DNA of 64,000 nt. Source: Chiloscyllium plagiosum (taxonomy: Eukaryota). The position numbers were made by a program, and so were the translations under genes. The notes beneath the pieces were generated by a model. The model saw nothing but the letters and a program-made list of their open reading frames with translations, made no database searches and had not been told where the DNA came from. Where the stretch lies: contig NC_057754.1 in the NCBI RefSeq assembly GCF_004010195.1, positions 9,301,215-9,365,214 on the forward strand. Direction: 5' to 3'. Shown here piece by piece: positions 13,564 through 25,012 of this stretch (the stretch's first letter is position 1; every line of letters begins with the position of its first letter).

Positions 13564-14640
13564 TTATTCATGAACCCGCTGGTGTCTCAGCAGGGCAGTT
13601 GAATGAGTAAATGCCTTTCCACACTGGGAGCAGGTGAATGGCCTCTCCCCTGTGTGAATTCGCTGGTGTACAGTGAGGTTAGATGATCGCCGGAACCCAG
13701 CTCCACAGTGAGAACATCTGAATGGCTTCTCATCAGTGTGAACACGTTGATGGCGTGTCAAGTCCCTAGAACATTGAAAGCACTTCCCACAGTCTGTGCA
13801 TTTAAAAGGTCTGTTGCCAGTGTGGACTCGCTGGTGACTCAGCAAGTTGGATGCATCAGTGAATCCTTTCCCACACTCTGGGCAGATGTACGGTCGTTCC
13901 CCAGTGTGAACTCGCTGGTGTGTCAGCAAGTTAGATAACCGAGTGAACCTCTTCTCGCACTTGGAGCAGGTGAACGGCCTCTCACCGGTGTGAATGCGCT
14001 GGTGTGTCAGCAGGTAGGATGACCGCGTGAATGCCTTCCCACAATCTGAGCAAGTGAATGGTTTCTCCCCAGTGTGAACTCGCTGGTGTATCAGCAAGGT
14101 GGATGAATGAGTGAATCCCTTCCCACACTCCAAGCAGTTGAACGGTTTCTCCTTTGTGTGAACTCGCTGGTGTATCAGTAGGTCAGATGACTGAGTGAAT
14201 CCCCTCCCACATTCAGAGCAGGTGAATGGTCGTTCCCCAGTGTGAACTCGCTGGTGTCTCAACAGGGTAGATGACTGAGTGAATCCCTTCCCACACATGG
14301 AGCATGTGAATGGTCTCTCACCAGTATGAATTCGCTGGTGTAGAGTTAGTTCTGATGGCTGAGTGTATCCCTTTCCACACTCCGAGCAGGTGAACGGTCT
14401 CTCCCCAGTGTGAAGCTGTTGATGTCTCAGCAGGGTGGACGACTGAGTGAATCCCTTCCCACACTCTGAGCAGGTAAATGGTTTCTCTCCAGTGCGAGTT
14501 TGTCTGTGAATAATGAGTTCAGATGACTCCCTGAACTGAGTCCCATAGTTAGAGGACCTGAACGGTCTCTCGTCATTGTGAACAGATTGACGAGACATAA
14601 GTTCCCCAGACTTTTGTAGGAACTCCCAAAATCTGGACAT
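13564..14640 (-). CDS. Tandem C2H2 zinc-finger protein, 11 intact fingers, eroded N-terminus (ZNF-1)
   Basis: 358-aa ORF with 11 C-x2-C-x12-H-x3-H fingers and TGE(K/R)PF linkers. The first ~50 aa are broken fingers and the start codon is uncertain. Confidence 0.85.
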   Translation of the reverse strand: MSRFWEFLQKSGELMSRQSVHNDERPFRSSNYGTQFRESSELIIHRQTRTGEKPFTCSECGKGFTQSSTLLRHQQLHTGERPFTCSECGKGYTQPSELTLHQRIHTGERPFTCSMCGKGFTQSSTLLRHQRVHTGERPFTCSECGRGFTQSSDLLIHQRVHTKEKPFNCLECGKGFTHSSTLLIHQRVHTGEKPFTCSDCGKAFTRSSYLLTHQRIHTGERPFTCSKCEKRFTRLSNLLTHQRVHTGERPYICPECGKGFTDASNLLSHQRVHTGNRPFKCTDCGKCFQCSRDLTRHQRVHTDEKPFRCSHCGAGFRRSSNLTVHQRIHTGERPFTCSQCGKAFTHSTALLRHQRVHE

Positions 14641-15020
14641 TTAAAAGATCTGTCTTCACTGAACTCACTGGTGATCCAGCAGAGAGGATGACTGAGTGAA
14701 CTGCTTCTCACGCTTGGAGCTGGCAAATAATTTCTCTCCAGAGTGACTGTACCTGTGCGATTCCAGCTCAGATAAGTAATTGAATTCCTTCTCACAGTTC
14801 CCAGTTTTCCATCACTTCTCAAATAAATTTGTGTCTTGACATTCCAGATGACTAGCTGAACACAAAACACATGTTTAGATTCCCCCACTGTGATTGGTGT
14901 TTTTTCCTTCCATGTTCAAAATCCAATGATATTCAGATTGTGATCATTTGAGAAAGTGTCAGATTCCACGGTGATGTTTGGTTTGGGTTTCCTGACTGAA
15001 CATCCTCCACTTCCAATACC
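14641..15020 (-). other. ZNF-1 exon-2 leader with decayed N-terminal fingers; splice acceptor at 15021-15022
   Basis: Minus strand TTTGAATCACTTTCACAG|GGTATTGGAAGTGGAGGATG, then EK*WKTGNCEKEFNYLSELESHRYSHSGEK...HQ*. Confidence 0.7.
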
Positions 15021-15164
15021 CTGTGAAAGTGATTCAAAATACAGAAGATGAAGTGACAGCGTCCTCACAAAGGCAGGCTTAGAAATTGACAGAATCTGTT
15101 CGTTCACATGAGGAGAAAGAACTAGGAGCAGGAGAAGGCAATTCAGTTCCTCGAGTGGCTTGCT

Positions 15165-15460
15165 AGACCATTTGAGAGGACAGTTCAGAGTCAACCACAT
15201 TGCTGAGGCTCTGGAGTTACATGTAGGCCAGACCAGGTGAGGAAGGCAGATTTCCTTCCCTAAAGGACATCAGTGAACCAGATGGGTTTTTCCGAAAATT
15301 GACAATGGATTTGTGGTCGACTCTTAATTCCAGATTTTTTTTAAATTGAATTAAAATTCTACCATCTGCAGTCGTGGGATTCAAACCCAAGTCCTCAGAA
15401 CATTATTTTGGGTTTCAGGATTAATAGTCAAGCAATAATACAACGAGGCCATCACCTTCC
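15165..15460 (-). mobile_element. Second tRNA-SINE family (SacSINE1/Deu-like, tentative)
   Basis: Reverse complement matches 58735-58830 plus 59148-59330 (TGTCCTTTAGG..GGAAATCTGCC...TGGCCTACATGT). Confidence 0.55.
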
Positions 15461-16167
15461 CACTACGTTTAAGTAATATCCTAATGCAGCTCCCTTTGTG
15501 GATGTTGGAATGATTGCTCCTGTAGCCACAAATCTTCTCAAAAATTGCAATCTGCCTCTGAACCATGACCTCACCATTGAACATCAGGCCATAGTCAACT
15601 ATGGTCACCAACCTCATTTCATCCAGTGATCTCCCGCCTCCACTGCCTCCAAACTGATAGTCCCCCAACCCCACACAGCTCGCTTCCACCTCCTTCCTAA
15701 AATCCATAAACAGGTGTGTCTGGGCAGACCCATTGTTTCTGCCTGCTCCTGCCCCACAGAATTCTTCCTACCTTGAGTTGGTCTTTTCTCCTCGGTCCAG
15801 TCCCTGCCCACCTACTCCTCTGACACTTTACACCAGTTTCCAGTTTGTGGGCTCTAGCCATCTCCTCTTTATCATTAACATGCAATCCCTTTACATGTCC
15901 ATCCCCCAGCAGAATGGTCTTAGGACTCTCCGCTTCTTCCTGGAACAAAGGCCTGAACCGTCCCCACTCACCACCAGCATCCTCCACCTAGCCAAGTTTG
16001 TCCACACCACGAACAATTTTTCCTTTAACTCCTCTCATTTTCGTCAGGTCAGAGTGATAGCCATGGGTACTTGCATGGGCTCCAGTTATACCTGTCTCTT
16101 TGCGGGGTACGTAGAATATTCCTTGTTCCATCCTATTCCTACCCCACCCACAGCTCTTTCACCAGTA

Positions 16168-16330
16168 CAGAGGAAACTCGATTATCCGAAGGCCACGGGT
16201 GGAGAGTATTTCGTTCGGTTAATCGGTTAATGCTGAATAACATAGTTTAGCCACGCATCAGGACCTTGCGATCTTGTTCAGATAATCCAAAATTCAGATC
16301 ATTGGAAGCTGGATAATTGAGGTTCCTCTG
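16168..16330. mobile_element. Tc1/mariner (Tigger-like) MITE
   Basis: Terminal inverted repeats CAGAGGAAACTCGATTATCC / GGATAATTGAGGTTCCTCTG, flanked by TA at 16166-16167 and 16331-16332. Confidence 0.85.
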
Positions 16331-16947
16331 TATGTCAATGATATCATCGGTGTTGCTTCCCTCTCTCGTCCGGAATTGGAAAAGTCTAAGAGTTCTGCTT
16401 CCAATTTCCACCCTGCTCTCACCTTCACCTGGTCCATCTCAGACTCCTTCCTTCCTCAACATCTCTCAATTTCTGGAGAAAAGCTGGCCACCAATATCCA
16501 TTATAAATCCACTGACTCGCACCATTACTGTGACTAAATATCTTCACACTCTACTTCCTGTAAAGACACGACTGCATTCTTCTAATTCCTCTAATCTCTT
16601 CTGTTGGTGCCAACTTCGACAAGGGAGCTTCTGAAATGACCACCATCTTCCTCAACTGAGGATTCCCCAGCACTGTTGTTGGCAGCGCCCTCAGTAGAGT
16701 CCAATTCATCTCCTGCACTTCCACCCTCACCCCCTCTCTTCTCTCCTGCAACAGCGATTGTTCTTCTTATCCTCATGTACCATCTCACCATCACACACAT
16801 ATAGAGGAACATTAGCTGCCATTTCTGCCACCTCCAGCAAGATGCTACCACCAGACGCATATTCCTCTCCCCTCTCGTCAGGCTTCTGCAGGGACCGTTC
16901 CATCTGGAACATTCTGGTTCATTCCTCCTTTTTTCCCAACAACCCCC

Positions 16948-17490
16948 TGTGGTGTAAAATTATGTCCCAATACATGTGTGAATCATAATGTAACACATGT
17001 ATTGGGCCAAGCAGTGGAATGTGGTGAAACGGTTAAAAATTATGTCCCAATACATGTGTGAATCTAACCGGAATGGAGGTGTTGCTTAGTCCCGTGTGAA
17101 TCTTATTACACACCTCCCCGTGTGAATCTTCTTATCTGTATGTAACCAGAATGGAATGTGTTTTTTAGCCTTGCTCTGCTGTTCACATGAATGTTTATAT
17201 CTGGAAAAGAGTATATCAGCTGGAAAAGTCTCCAGTTCGGTGAGTCTGCTCCGGGGTTACGTTTAACCGCCGAGCGTGGGTTGTTGGCAACCGCTCTACG
17301 AGAACTGACGGCTCCCAGTTCCGGTAACATGTAGAGTGAGTATAAGCCAGACCCGTTGTAAGTATGAGACCTGGTTGTGGCGACGCTGCGGGGAATAAAA
17401 TGCTCATATTCTAGCAGACTCGCCTCTTGGTCGTTTGTTCTGTGTCAGACTACTCTCCTACGAACCTGACCTTGAGAATTTTTTAAAACA
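16948..17490 (+). mobile_element. Solo LTR (543 bp)
   Basis: TG...CA ends, CCCCC on both flanks (16943-16947, 17491-17495), AATAAA at ~17394 and U3-like direct repeats; Penelope sequence resumes on both sides. Confidence 0.8.
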
Positions 17491-18569
17491 CCCCCACAGC
17501 CCCATGGCACTTTCCCCTGCAACTGCAGAAGATGTAACGCCTCTATGTTTACCTCCTCCCTCCTCAGTATCCAAGGGCCCAAATACACCTGACAGGTGAA
17601 ACAGTGCTTTACCTACACTTTACACAATCTAATCTACTGCATTCACTGCTCACAATGTGGTCTCTTTTACATTGGGTAAATGAAGTGTAGACTGGGTGAC
17701 CGCTTCACAAAAGACCTATGCTCTGCCCACAAAAAAAGACCCTGAGCTTCCAGTTGCCTGCCACTTCAACACACCACCCTGTTCGCTGGCCAACATTTCT
17801 GTCTCAAGATTGCTTCATTGCTCCAGCGAAGTTCAGGGCAAGCTGGATGAACAGCACATCATTTTCCACCTGGGAGTCTGCAGCCTTCTGGACTCAATAT
17901 AGAGTTCAATAAATTTAGGACTAGAGCTCTCCCATGTCCTGACCCTGACCCCTACACAGCAGGCCTTGTTATCACACTGTCTGCTATTACATACAGCCTG
18001 TCCATTAGTCACCAACACGATCTCCATTAACAGCTGTTCACCCTCCTAATCAGACTGTTATCCACTCCAATTGTTCTTCTCTCTCTTTGGGCTCTACCTC
18101 CACCTTTTGCTTACTCCTTACCTCCCTCCCCATCCAATCTTCTGCATATATACCGCCATTTTCCGAGCTAACATCAGTTCTGAGGAAGAGTCACTGGACC
18201 CCGAAACCCCTGATTTCTCTCTCTTGGTGCTGCTGGACTTGCTTCATTAGAGATAAATAAAACTGCAGATGCTGGAATCCAAAGTAAAAGAGCAAGAGGC
18301 TGGAAGCACACAGCAAGCCAGGCAACATCAGGAGATGGAGAAGTTGGCGTTTCGGGTATAACACTTCTTTTCCAACAGCTTCTGTTTTTGTGCCTTGGAG
18401 ACATGAGACAGGGCACAAGGAAGTGGGATCTGGAATGCAGGATTGGCCTTTTGTTTCTCATTGGGATGCTGGAACTCAAAAGGTAATATTACAGCTTGAT
18501 GGACAGGTAGTCTCCATCTTAAACCACTGTCAGGAACTTGCTCCCTGCCCTTTGGCAAACTGACCCAAT

Positions 18570-18950
18570 AAAATGGTGGCAACACCTACATGCTCGCCCC
18601 CAACCAAAGTGGCGGCCGCGCATGTGCACTGTCGCTCGCTGCCCCCGATAAACATGGCGGCCACTCGCCGGGGCCTAATGGCAAGGAGCCGCGACCGCGA
18701 TTTGTGCAAACGAGGGGCCGATACATTCATTTTCCGCGTTCGCCGCTGGCAGAATATCGTTACGAACCCTCTCGGTTCACTCGCTGAATCCATCGTTTCC
18801 TCTATCCCCCACCGCTCATTCTTACCCCGTGTGGATCTGTGAAGAAAACCGCCGCATCGGCGCCATTATTCGCTGCAGCGTATTCCGCAGAGGCTTCGGA
18901 ACTGCGACTGCGCACTGATCTCTGCATTGTGGAGAGGGGAATGCTGGGTC
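18570..18950 (-). promoter_or_regulatory. CpG-island promoter and non-coding exon 1 of ZNF-1
   Basis: High CpG density; YY1-type sites at 18570-18580 and 18651-18662; minus-strand donor GG|GTAAGA at 18825; homologous to 47700-47980. Confidence 0.75.
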
Positions 18951-19609
18951 ATGCATGTACAATCAAAGTAAATTGTAGCACACTCTCTGTAGGAAATGTG
19001 TAATGATAAAGATATGAAACAAGGCATACTAAAAAAAAAACTGTCTGCATGGACTTTCCATTAACCGCCAGAATGAAGGAAATTGGTGCAAAGTCGAGAG
19101 TTAGTAAAACAAAACTTTAAGACTCATTTTATAAACTCACAGGTATTGGAATGAATGAATCCACGCTCATTAGCAGAACATTGAAACAGTCTCTGATAGG
19201 AACACATTGAGTATTATGTACCAGCGGTAAAAGACAAGAAAGTGGAGTTGAGGATGATCAGTTCAGTCATGATTTTATTAAACGGCAGAATGGCTGACTT
19301 CTGCTTCTCCATTTGATGGTCTTCAGTGAATTCCTAAAACTCTCAACACTCCAGAAGAAAATATTCCTCCTTATCTCTCTCTCTCAAATTTCCCGTAATT
19401 TTAAAACAGACCCTGTTTTAGATTCTCCCACAAGAAGAAACCTCGTGTCCAATGACTTTTCATCTTTAATTTTAAATAAGGAGACCAATAAGGCATATCG
19501 TATTTCTGACTTTTATCTTATTACTTTTCTGTCAAGTCCCCCTCAAGAAACAATGGCATTCTATTAGCTTTCATAATTACTTCACTTGCTGTACCTACAT
19601 ACTGATTCC

Positions 19610-20230
19610 TATAAGACATAGGAGTGGAAGGAAAGCCATTTCAGCCCATCGAGTCTACCCAGCCATTCAATCATGGCTGATGGGTATTTCAACACCACTT
19701 ACCTGCACTCTCCCCATAGCTCTTAATTCGTTGTGAGATCAAGAATTTATCAATCTCTGCCTTGAAGACGTTTAACATCCCTGCCTCCACGGCAATGAAT
19801 TCCACAGGCCCACCACTCGCTGGCTGAAGAAATATCTCCTCATCTCCGTTCGAAATTGACCCCCTCTAATTCTAAGGCTGTGCCCACGGATCCTAGTATC
19901 CCCGCCTAACGGAATCAAATTCCCAGCCTTCTCCCTTTCTAAACCATGCATTATCTTGTATGTTTCTATTAGATCTCCCCTCAACCTTCTAAACTCTAAT
20001 GAATACAATCCCAGGATCCTCAGCCATTCATCGTATGTTAGGCCTACTATTCCGGGGATCATCTGTGTGAATCTCCACTGGACATGCTCCAGTGCCAGTA
20101 TGTCTTTCCTGAGGTGTGGGGCCCAGAATTAGACACCGTATTCTAAATGGGGCCTAGCAACAGCTTTACAAAGTCTCAGTAGCACATAGCTGCTTTTACA
20201 TTCCAACCCTCTTGAGTTAAATGACAACAT
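19610..20230 (-). mobile_element. CR1 LINE 3' fragment
   Basis: LGLYSLEFRRLRGDLIETYKIM...FFSQRVVGLWNSLP. Confidence 0.9.
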
Positions 20231-20844
20231 TATGACACAGAAACAGACAATCAAACCAAATCAGCCCTTCTACCTCTGTATTTGCAAAACAGTAAAACAA
20301 AAGCTTTCAAAGTCCCTCCAAATTCACCCCAAAAGTTTGTAACCAGATTTTCAAAAAAACCAACCTCAGAATCTGCAAATAATCAATTCTAATCACCAGG
20401 TCTATAGCTTAAACAAAACATTTTAGATTTAAACCTATGATTTTAAACCCAATAGCCTTTGTTTTCATCCCCATTCACACAAAACACAGACAGGCAAACA
20501 AACACAGTTAAAGGACAAATAAAAGAAAATAACAAAATTAGTCAATTACTTAAGTAGTTTTTAAGATGTATGGTTCCAGACATTGACCAGGATCACCTTT
20601 TCAGCTCACTGAAGATGTTGGTGATACTTATATCAATTTCTATTCACTGAACTTTCACGAGCTAATGATGAAAGCTGAGGCAGGAAGCTTTCAAATCTTT
20701 GTGCCATCACAGTCAGAAACATTCTCCCAGCAAGCACAGTCCAAACCCTTGTTCAAATTCTTGCCTCTCCCTGCCAGATTGACTGTCTTCCCCACAAGGT
20801 CCCAGTTACATTCAACATTTGCCATCTGCAGAAGCAGAAGCAGA

Positions 20845-21360
20845 GAATGATCAAGAAAGCCAATGGAATGCTGGTCTGGAGGACTGGAGTACAAAAATGC
20901 AAACTTTATGCTGCAATTATGCAAAAATCTGGTTAGATCCAACTTCAAATACTGTGAGCAGAATGGGACATTACACTTTAAGTAGGATATATTGGACTTG
21001 TAGGAAATACAGCATATGTTCACAAGAATGGTATCTGGACTTCAGGGATTATGAGGAGAGGTTATACAAACATGGCCTGTTTTCTTTAGAATTTAGAAGG
21101 CATTTGACAGGAAAAGGCAGGGTAAACTACTCCCCCTGGTTGGTGATTCTAGAACTAGAGGAATGAGAATTGGGGCCTGACCGTTCAAGAGAGCTCTTAG
21201 GAAGCATTTCTATACACAGAGGTGGCAGATCTTTGGAACTCCTCCACAAATGGATGCTGGATCAGTTGTTAATTTTTAACACTGAGACAGATAAATCTTT
21301 GTAAAGCGGAGGGATTAAAAGATATGGGCCACAGACAAGTATATGGACTTAGGACACAGA
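20845..21360 (+). mobile_element. Old CR1 LINE 3' fragment
   Basis: YEERLYKHGLFSLEFRR. Confidence 0.7.
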
Positions 21361-21479
21361 TTAATTGTTATGAAAATGGCAAAGTGACAGTGAGTGAGAT
21401 CATTCTTGTACTTTAAGGAAGATTCATGCAAAATGTGCACTGAACGTAAGGAATCTCCACCTTTGTATTTCGCACAGAA

Positions 21480-22360
21480 GTGACCAGTGGAGTGCTGGGT
21501 TCACTACTTTTCATCACTTATATAAATGATTTGGATGTGAGCATAAGAGGTATAGTTAGTAAGTTTGCAGATGACACCAAAATTGGAGGTGTAGTGGATT
21601 GCAAAGAAGGTTACCTCAGATTACAACAGGATCTGGACCAGATGGGCCAATGGGCTGAGAAGTAGCAGATGGAGTTTAATTCAGATAAATGCGAGGTGCT
21701 GCATTTTGGGAAAGCAAATCTTAGCAGGACTTATACATTTGATGGTAAGGTCCTAGGGAGTTTTACTGAACAAAGAGACCTTGGATTGCAGGTTCATAGC
21801 TCCTTGAAAGTGGAGTCGCAGGTAGATAGGATAGTGAACAAGGCGTTTGGTATGCTTTCCTTTATTGGTCAGAGTACTGAGTACAGGAGTTGGGACATCA
21901 TGTTGCTGCTGTACAGGACATTGGTTAGGCCACTGTTGGAATATTGCATGCAATTCTGGTCTTCGTCCTATCGGAAAGACGTTGTGAAACTTGAAAGGGT
22001 TCAGAAAAGATTCACAAGGATGTTGCCAGGGTTGGAGGATTTGAGCTATAATGAGAGATTGAATACTGTTTTCCCTGGAGCATCAGGGGCTGAGGGGTGA
22101 CCTTATAGAGATTTATAAAATCATGAGGGGCATAGATAGGATTAAATAGACAAGGTTTTTTCCCTGGGGTGGGGGAGTCCAGAACTACAGGGCATAGGTT
22201 TAGGGTGAGAGGAGAACGATATAAAAGAGACCTAAGGGGCAACTTTTTCACACAGAGGGTGGTACGTGTATGAAATGAGCTGCCAGAGGAAGTGGTGGAG
22301 GCTGGTACAATTGTAACATTTAAAAGGCATCTGGATGGGTATATGAAGGGTTTGGAGAGA
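21480..22360 (+). mobile_element. CR1 LINE RT C-terminal fragment
   Basis: YINDLD...SKFADDTKIGG; MEFNSDKCEVLHFG...LVRPLLEYCMQFW. Confidence 0.92.
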
Positions 22361-22557
22361 AATAGAAAAAAATGTCTGAGTTTTTTTTAACCCAGTGGAA
22401 GTGGCCAGGTCACTGATTTGTGTAATTCAATAGTTAACAATTATTTGACACTTATGGCAAATTGTTGTTGCATAACTAGATAAGACACAGGAACAGAAGG
22501 AGGCCACTCAGCCCATTTGAGTATGCTCCACCAAAGAGATTATGGTCGCTCTCATAA

Positions 22558-22651
22558 CCTGAAGAAGGGGCTCATGCCCGAAAAGTCGACTCTCCTGCTC
22601 CCTGGATGCTGCCTGACCTGCTGCGCTTTTCCAGCAACACATTTTCAGCTC
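22558..22651 (+). mobile_element. Short Penelope pLTR-derived element, family B (hammerhead-like core)
   Basis: CTGAAGAAGGGGCTCATGCCCGAAAAGTC followed by the family body GGATGCTGCCTGACCTGCTG. Confidence 0.7.
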
Positions 22652-22931
22652 GTAACCATCAACTCCACTTTCCTTTCACCCTCGAATCGCTTACCAGATT
22701 TAAAAATTGTCTCTCTCAGCCTTGAATAAACTTAGTGACCGAGCCTCAATACCCCCTTGTAATTGAAAATTCCACGGCAGCAATGAAAAGGTTTCTGGAT
22801 CTTCCAGAATTTGGGTAAGCGTCTGAGGGTCAGACCTTCCTCGGATTTGCAACTCGAAGCGCCCTCCGCCCCGACCTGTCCTCACTCCGAGATGGCGGTC
22901 AGTTGCCCGGGTAACCGGCGTGGGCGGAATA

Positions 22932-23261
22932 CCCACCCCCTCGTTCACTCCGATTGGTTGGAGGGACCATTCTTTCCGGATCAGTGCTCCAGCCCCGCCT
23001 CCTCATTCACGCCGATTAGTTGGAGGACTATCCGCTCCATCTTAGTCCTCCAGCCCCGCCTCCTCGTTCACTCCCGATTGGTTGGAGGACCATGCCCGCC
23101 AGCTCGGGCCTCCAGCCCCGCCTCCTCATTCACTCCTATTGGTTGAGGTTGGAGGACCATCCCCTCCAGCTGATTCCTCCTGCCCTACATCCCCCTCATT
23201 CACTCTGATTGGTTGGAGGAAGCCCCGCCCCCTCATTCATACCGCTTGTATGGAGGACTAG
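22932..23261 (+). repeat. Array of six ~45-bp repeats with 16-bp variable spacers (period ~61-67 bp)
   Basis: Consensus CTCCAGCCCCGCCTCCTCATTCACTCCGATTGGTTGGAGGACCAT at 22932 (partial), 22987, 23048, 23110, 23177 and 23221 (degenerate). Confidence 0.9.
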
Positions 23262-23319
23262 TCGGCTCATGCTTGGTCTTCCAGTTCTCAGTCATTAATC
23301 GTCCGGGCTCCATTGTTGA

Positions 23320-23452
23320 GATTTGGAGGTGCCAGTGTTGGACTGGGGTGTACAAAGTTAAAAATCACACAACACCAGGTTATAGTCCAATAGGTTTAAT
23401 TGGAAGCTCCGAAAGCTAGTGCTTCCAATTAAACCTGTTGAACTATAACTTG
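23320..23452. mobile_element. Short fold-back element, family A, inside the CpG island
   Basis: CCAGGTTATAGTCCAATAGGTTTAATTGGAAGC / GCTTCCAATTAAACCTGTTGAACTATAACTTGG inverted arms. Confidence 0.75.
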
Positions 23453-24659
23453 GCCCCATTGTCAAATTGCAACACGCGCGGTTGCCGGTGCTGGACCTGG
23501 ATGGAGATGGTGAGTTGCAATCTCGGGGTCCACTCTCAAAACACACAACTAGAAAGTCCTGATCCCGTGTCTGCACCTAGAGGCCGCCGGGATTTAGATT
23601 GGGGGTCCATCATTGTTTAGGGCAAAAAAGCCCTATTAATGACCCGAAAGGAGGGCGACAAATAAGAGTTTTAGGGAAATCAAATGTAAAACAAAGAACT
23701 GCGCACGCTAGAGCTCTGAAACAAAATCAGAATTTGCTGGAGAATTCGAGAAGGAGCAAATTACTGCAGATGTAACCTGTACTGAAAAAAACAACTTCTG
23801 GAGATCACAGCGCGTCAGACAGCAGCCATGAAGAGAGAACAAGCTAGCGTTTTGAGTCCAGATGACTCTGCATCATAGCTGAAGTGAAGCGTGGAGATGG
23901 AAGCATTTATGCTACAGTTGAAGGACGACTTTGGAAGGTGTGCCGGTGGTAAGTGAGAGTGCTGGTGGAGAAAATACGTGGATAGTTCAGATTAAGTGAT
24001 CGGAATATGAGAAGGGCAAACACTTTGTTGAACACTGATCGCTTAACCTGAACTATCAACAATTTTTCTCCACCGGCAGTGGTTATACTAACCACTGCCA
24101 CCTCCCACCCTCCGACTCACTTGAGCTGACCCCTCCAGACTTCACTTGAGCTCTGTTGAAGAGTCATCTGGCCTTGGAAAGTTGACTTGCTCTCTTTCTT
24201 ATTAGATGCTGTCTGGCCCACTGTGACCTTCAGCATTTGTTGTTTTCAGTTAACATTTTGAATCCTTTATTTTATATGGTGCCTTTCTCAGAATGAACCA
24301 TCTCCGTGCACTTCACTGGAAAGTTGCAGGACAAACTTTGACACTGAGACTCAAAGAGATATTAGGACAGGTGACCAGAAGGTGGATCAAAAGGCACGTT
24401 TTCAGGAGTATTTTAAAATAGAGAAATTGAGGTAGAAAGGTGGAGGGATGTCATTCCAGAGCATCTGGCTGACGAATAAAGACACAACCATCAATTGTGA
24501 AGTAACTAAAACTGGGAATACTCCAGAAATCCACATTAGGGAAGCACAGGTACCTCAGAAGGTTGTGGGATTGGAGAAGATGACAGAGATAGGGAAGGCT
24601 GAGACCACAGGATGTCAAAACACAAGTAGAATAGCCATCCAATGGAGTCTGCTCTGCAT

Positions 24660-25012
24660 TTCAATGAGATCATAACTCATCTGATGATTCTCAATACTGT
24701 CTTTTCCCCATAATCCACAATTCCCTTATTGATTAAAAATCTATCTATCTCAGCATTGGATACATTTAATGACCCAGCCTTAACAGTCCTCTGTGGCAAA
24801 GAATTCCACATATTCTTTTCCCTCAAATAAAAGAAATTCCAACTTGTTTCTGTTAGAAATAGGTAACCCTTATACTGAGATGATGCCCCTGGTTCTAGAC
24901 TCAACCACAGGGGAAATACCTTTTCCATATCAATCCTGTAAAGCCCCTAAGAATTTTATATGTTTCAATAAAATCTCTTCTTATTTTTCTGAAGTCCAAT
25001 AAGTACAGGCCC
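24660..25012 (-). mobile_element. CR1 LINE 3' fragment
   Basis: MWNSLPQRTVKAGSLNVSNAEIDRFL. Confidence 0.75.

Larger units (their letters stand above)
15480..18250 (+). mobile_element. Decayed Penelope-like element (RT + GIY-YIG + pLTR) in ZNF-1 intron 1, with two nested insertions
   Basis: QSLYMSIP...NNFSFNSSHFRQVRVIAMGTCMGSSYTCLFAGYVE (Penelope RT); NLIYCIHCSQCGLFYIG (GIY-YIG) at ~17625-17680; pLTR with CTGAGGAAGAGTCACTGGACCCCGAAAC at 18180. Confidence 0.85.
22840..23600. promoter_or_regulatory. CpG-island promoter, probably bidirectional, with YY1, RFX X-box and a tandem GC-box/CCAAT array
   Basis: YY1-type GAGATGGCGG 22889-22898; X-box GTTGCCCGGGTAAC 22902-22915; repeated CCCCGCC(T/C)C and ATTGG; donors on + (G|GTGAGT at 23510) and - (A|GTGAGG at 22885). 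Confidence 0.7.

Noticed and set aside
18530..18842. Short ORFs over CpG islands (also 22811-23146, 47624-48015, 59475-59780)
   Set aside because: GC-rich DNA is poor in stop codons; no recognisable domain, and the paralogous promoters share no protein similarity.
19130..19160. CTCACAG|GTATTGGAA resembling the leader acceptor (also at ~27070)
   Set aside because: Similarity stops after ~15 bp; the 27070 case runs into a family C repeat fragment.
22932..23261. CRISPR array
   Set aside because: Vertebrate context with no cas genes; spacers are only 16 bp and partly related to each other; the repeats consist of Sp1 and NF-Y sites.
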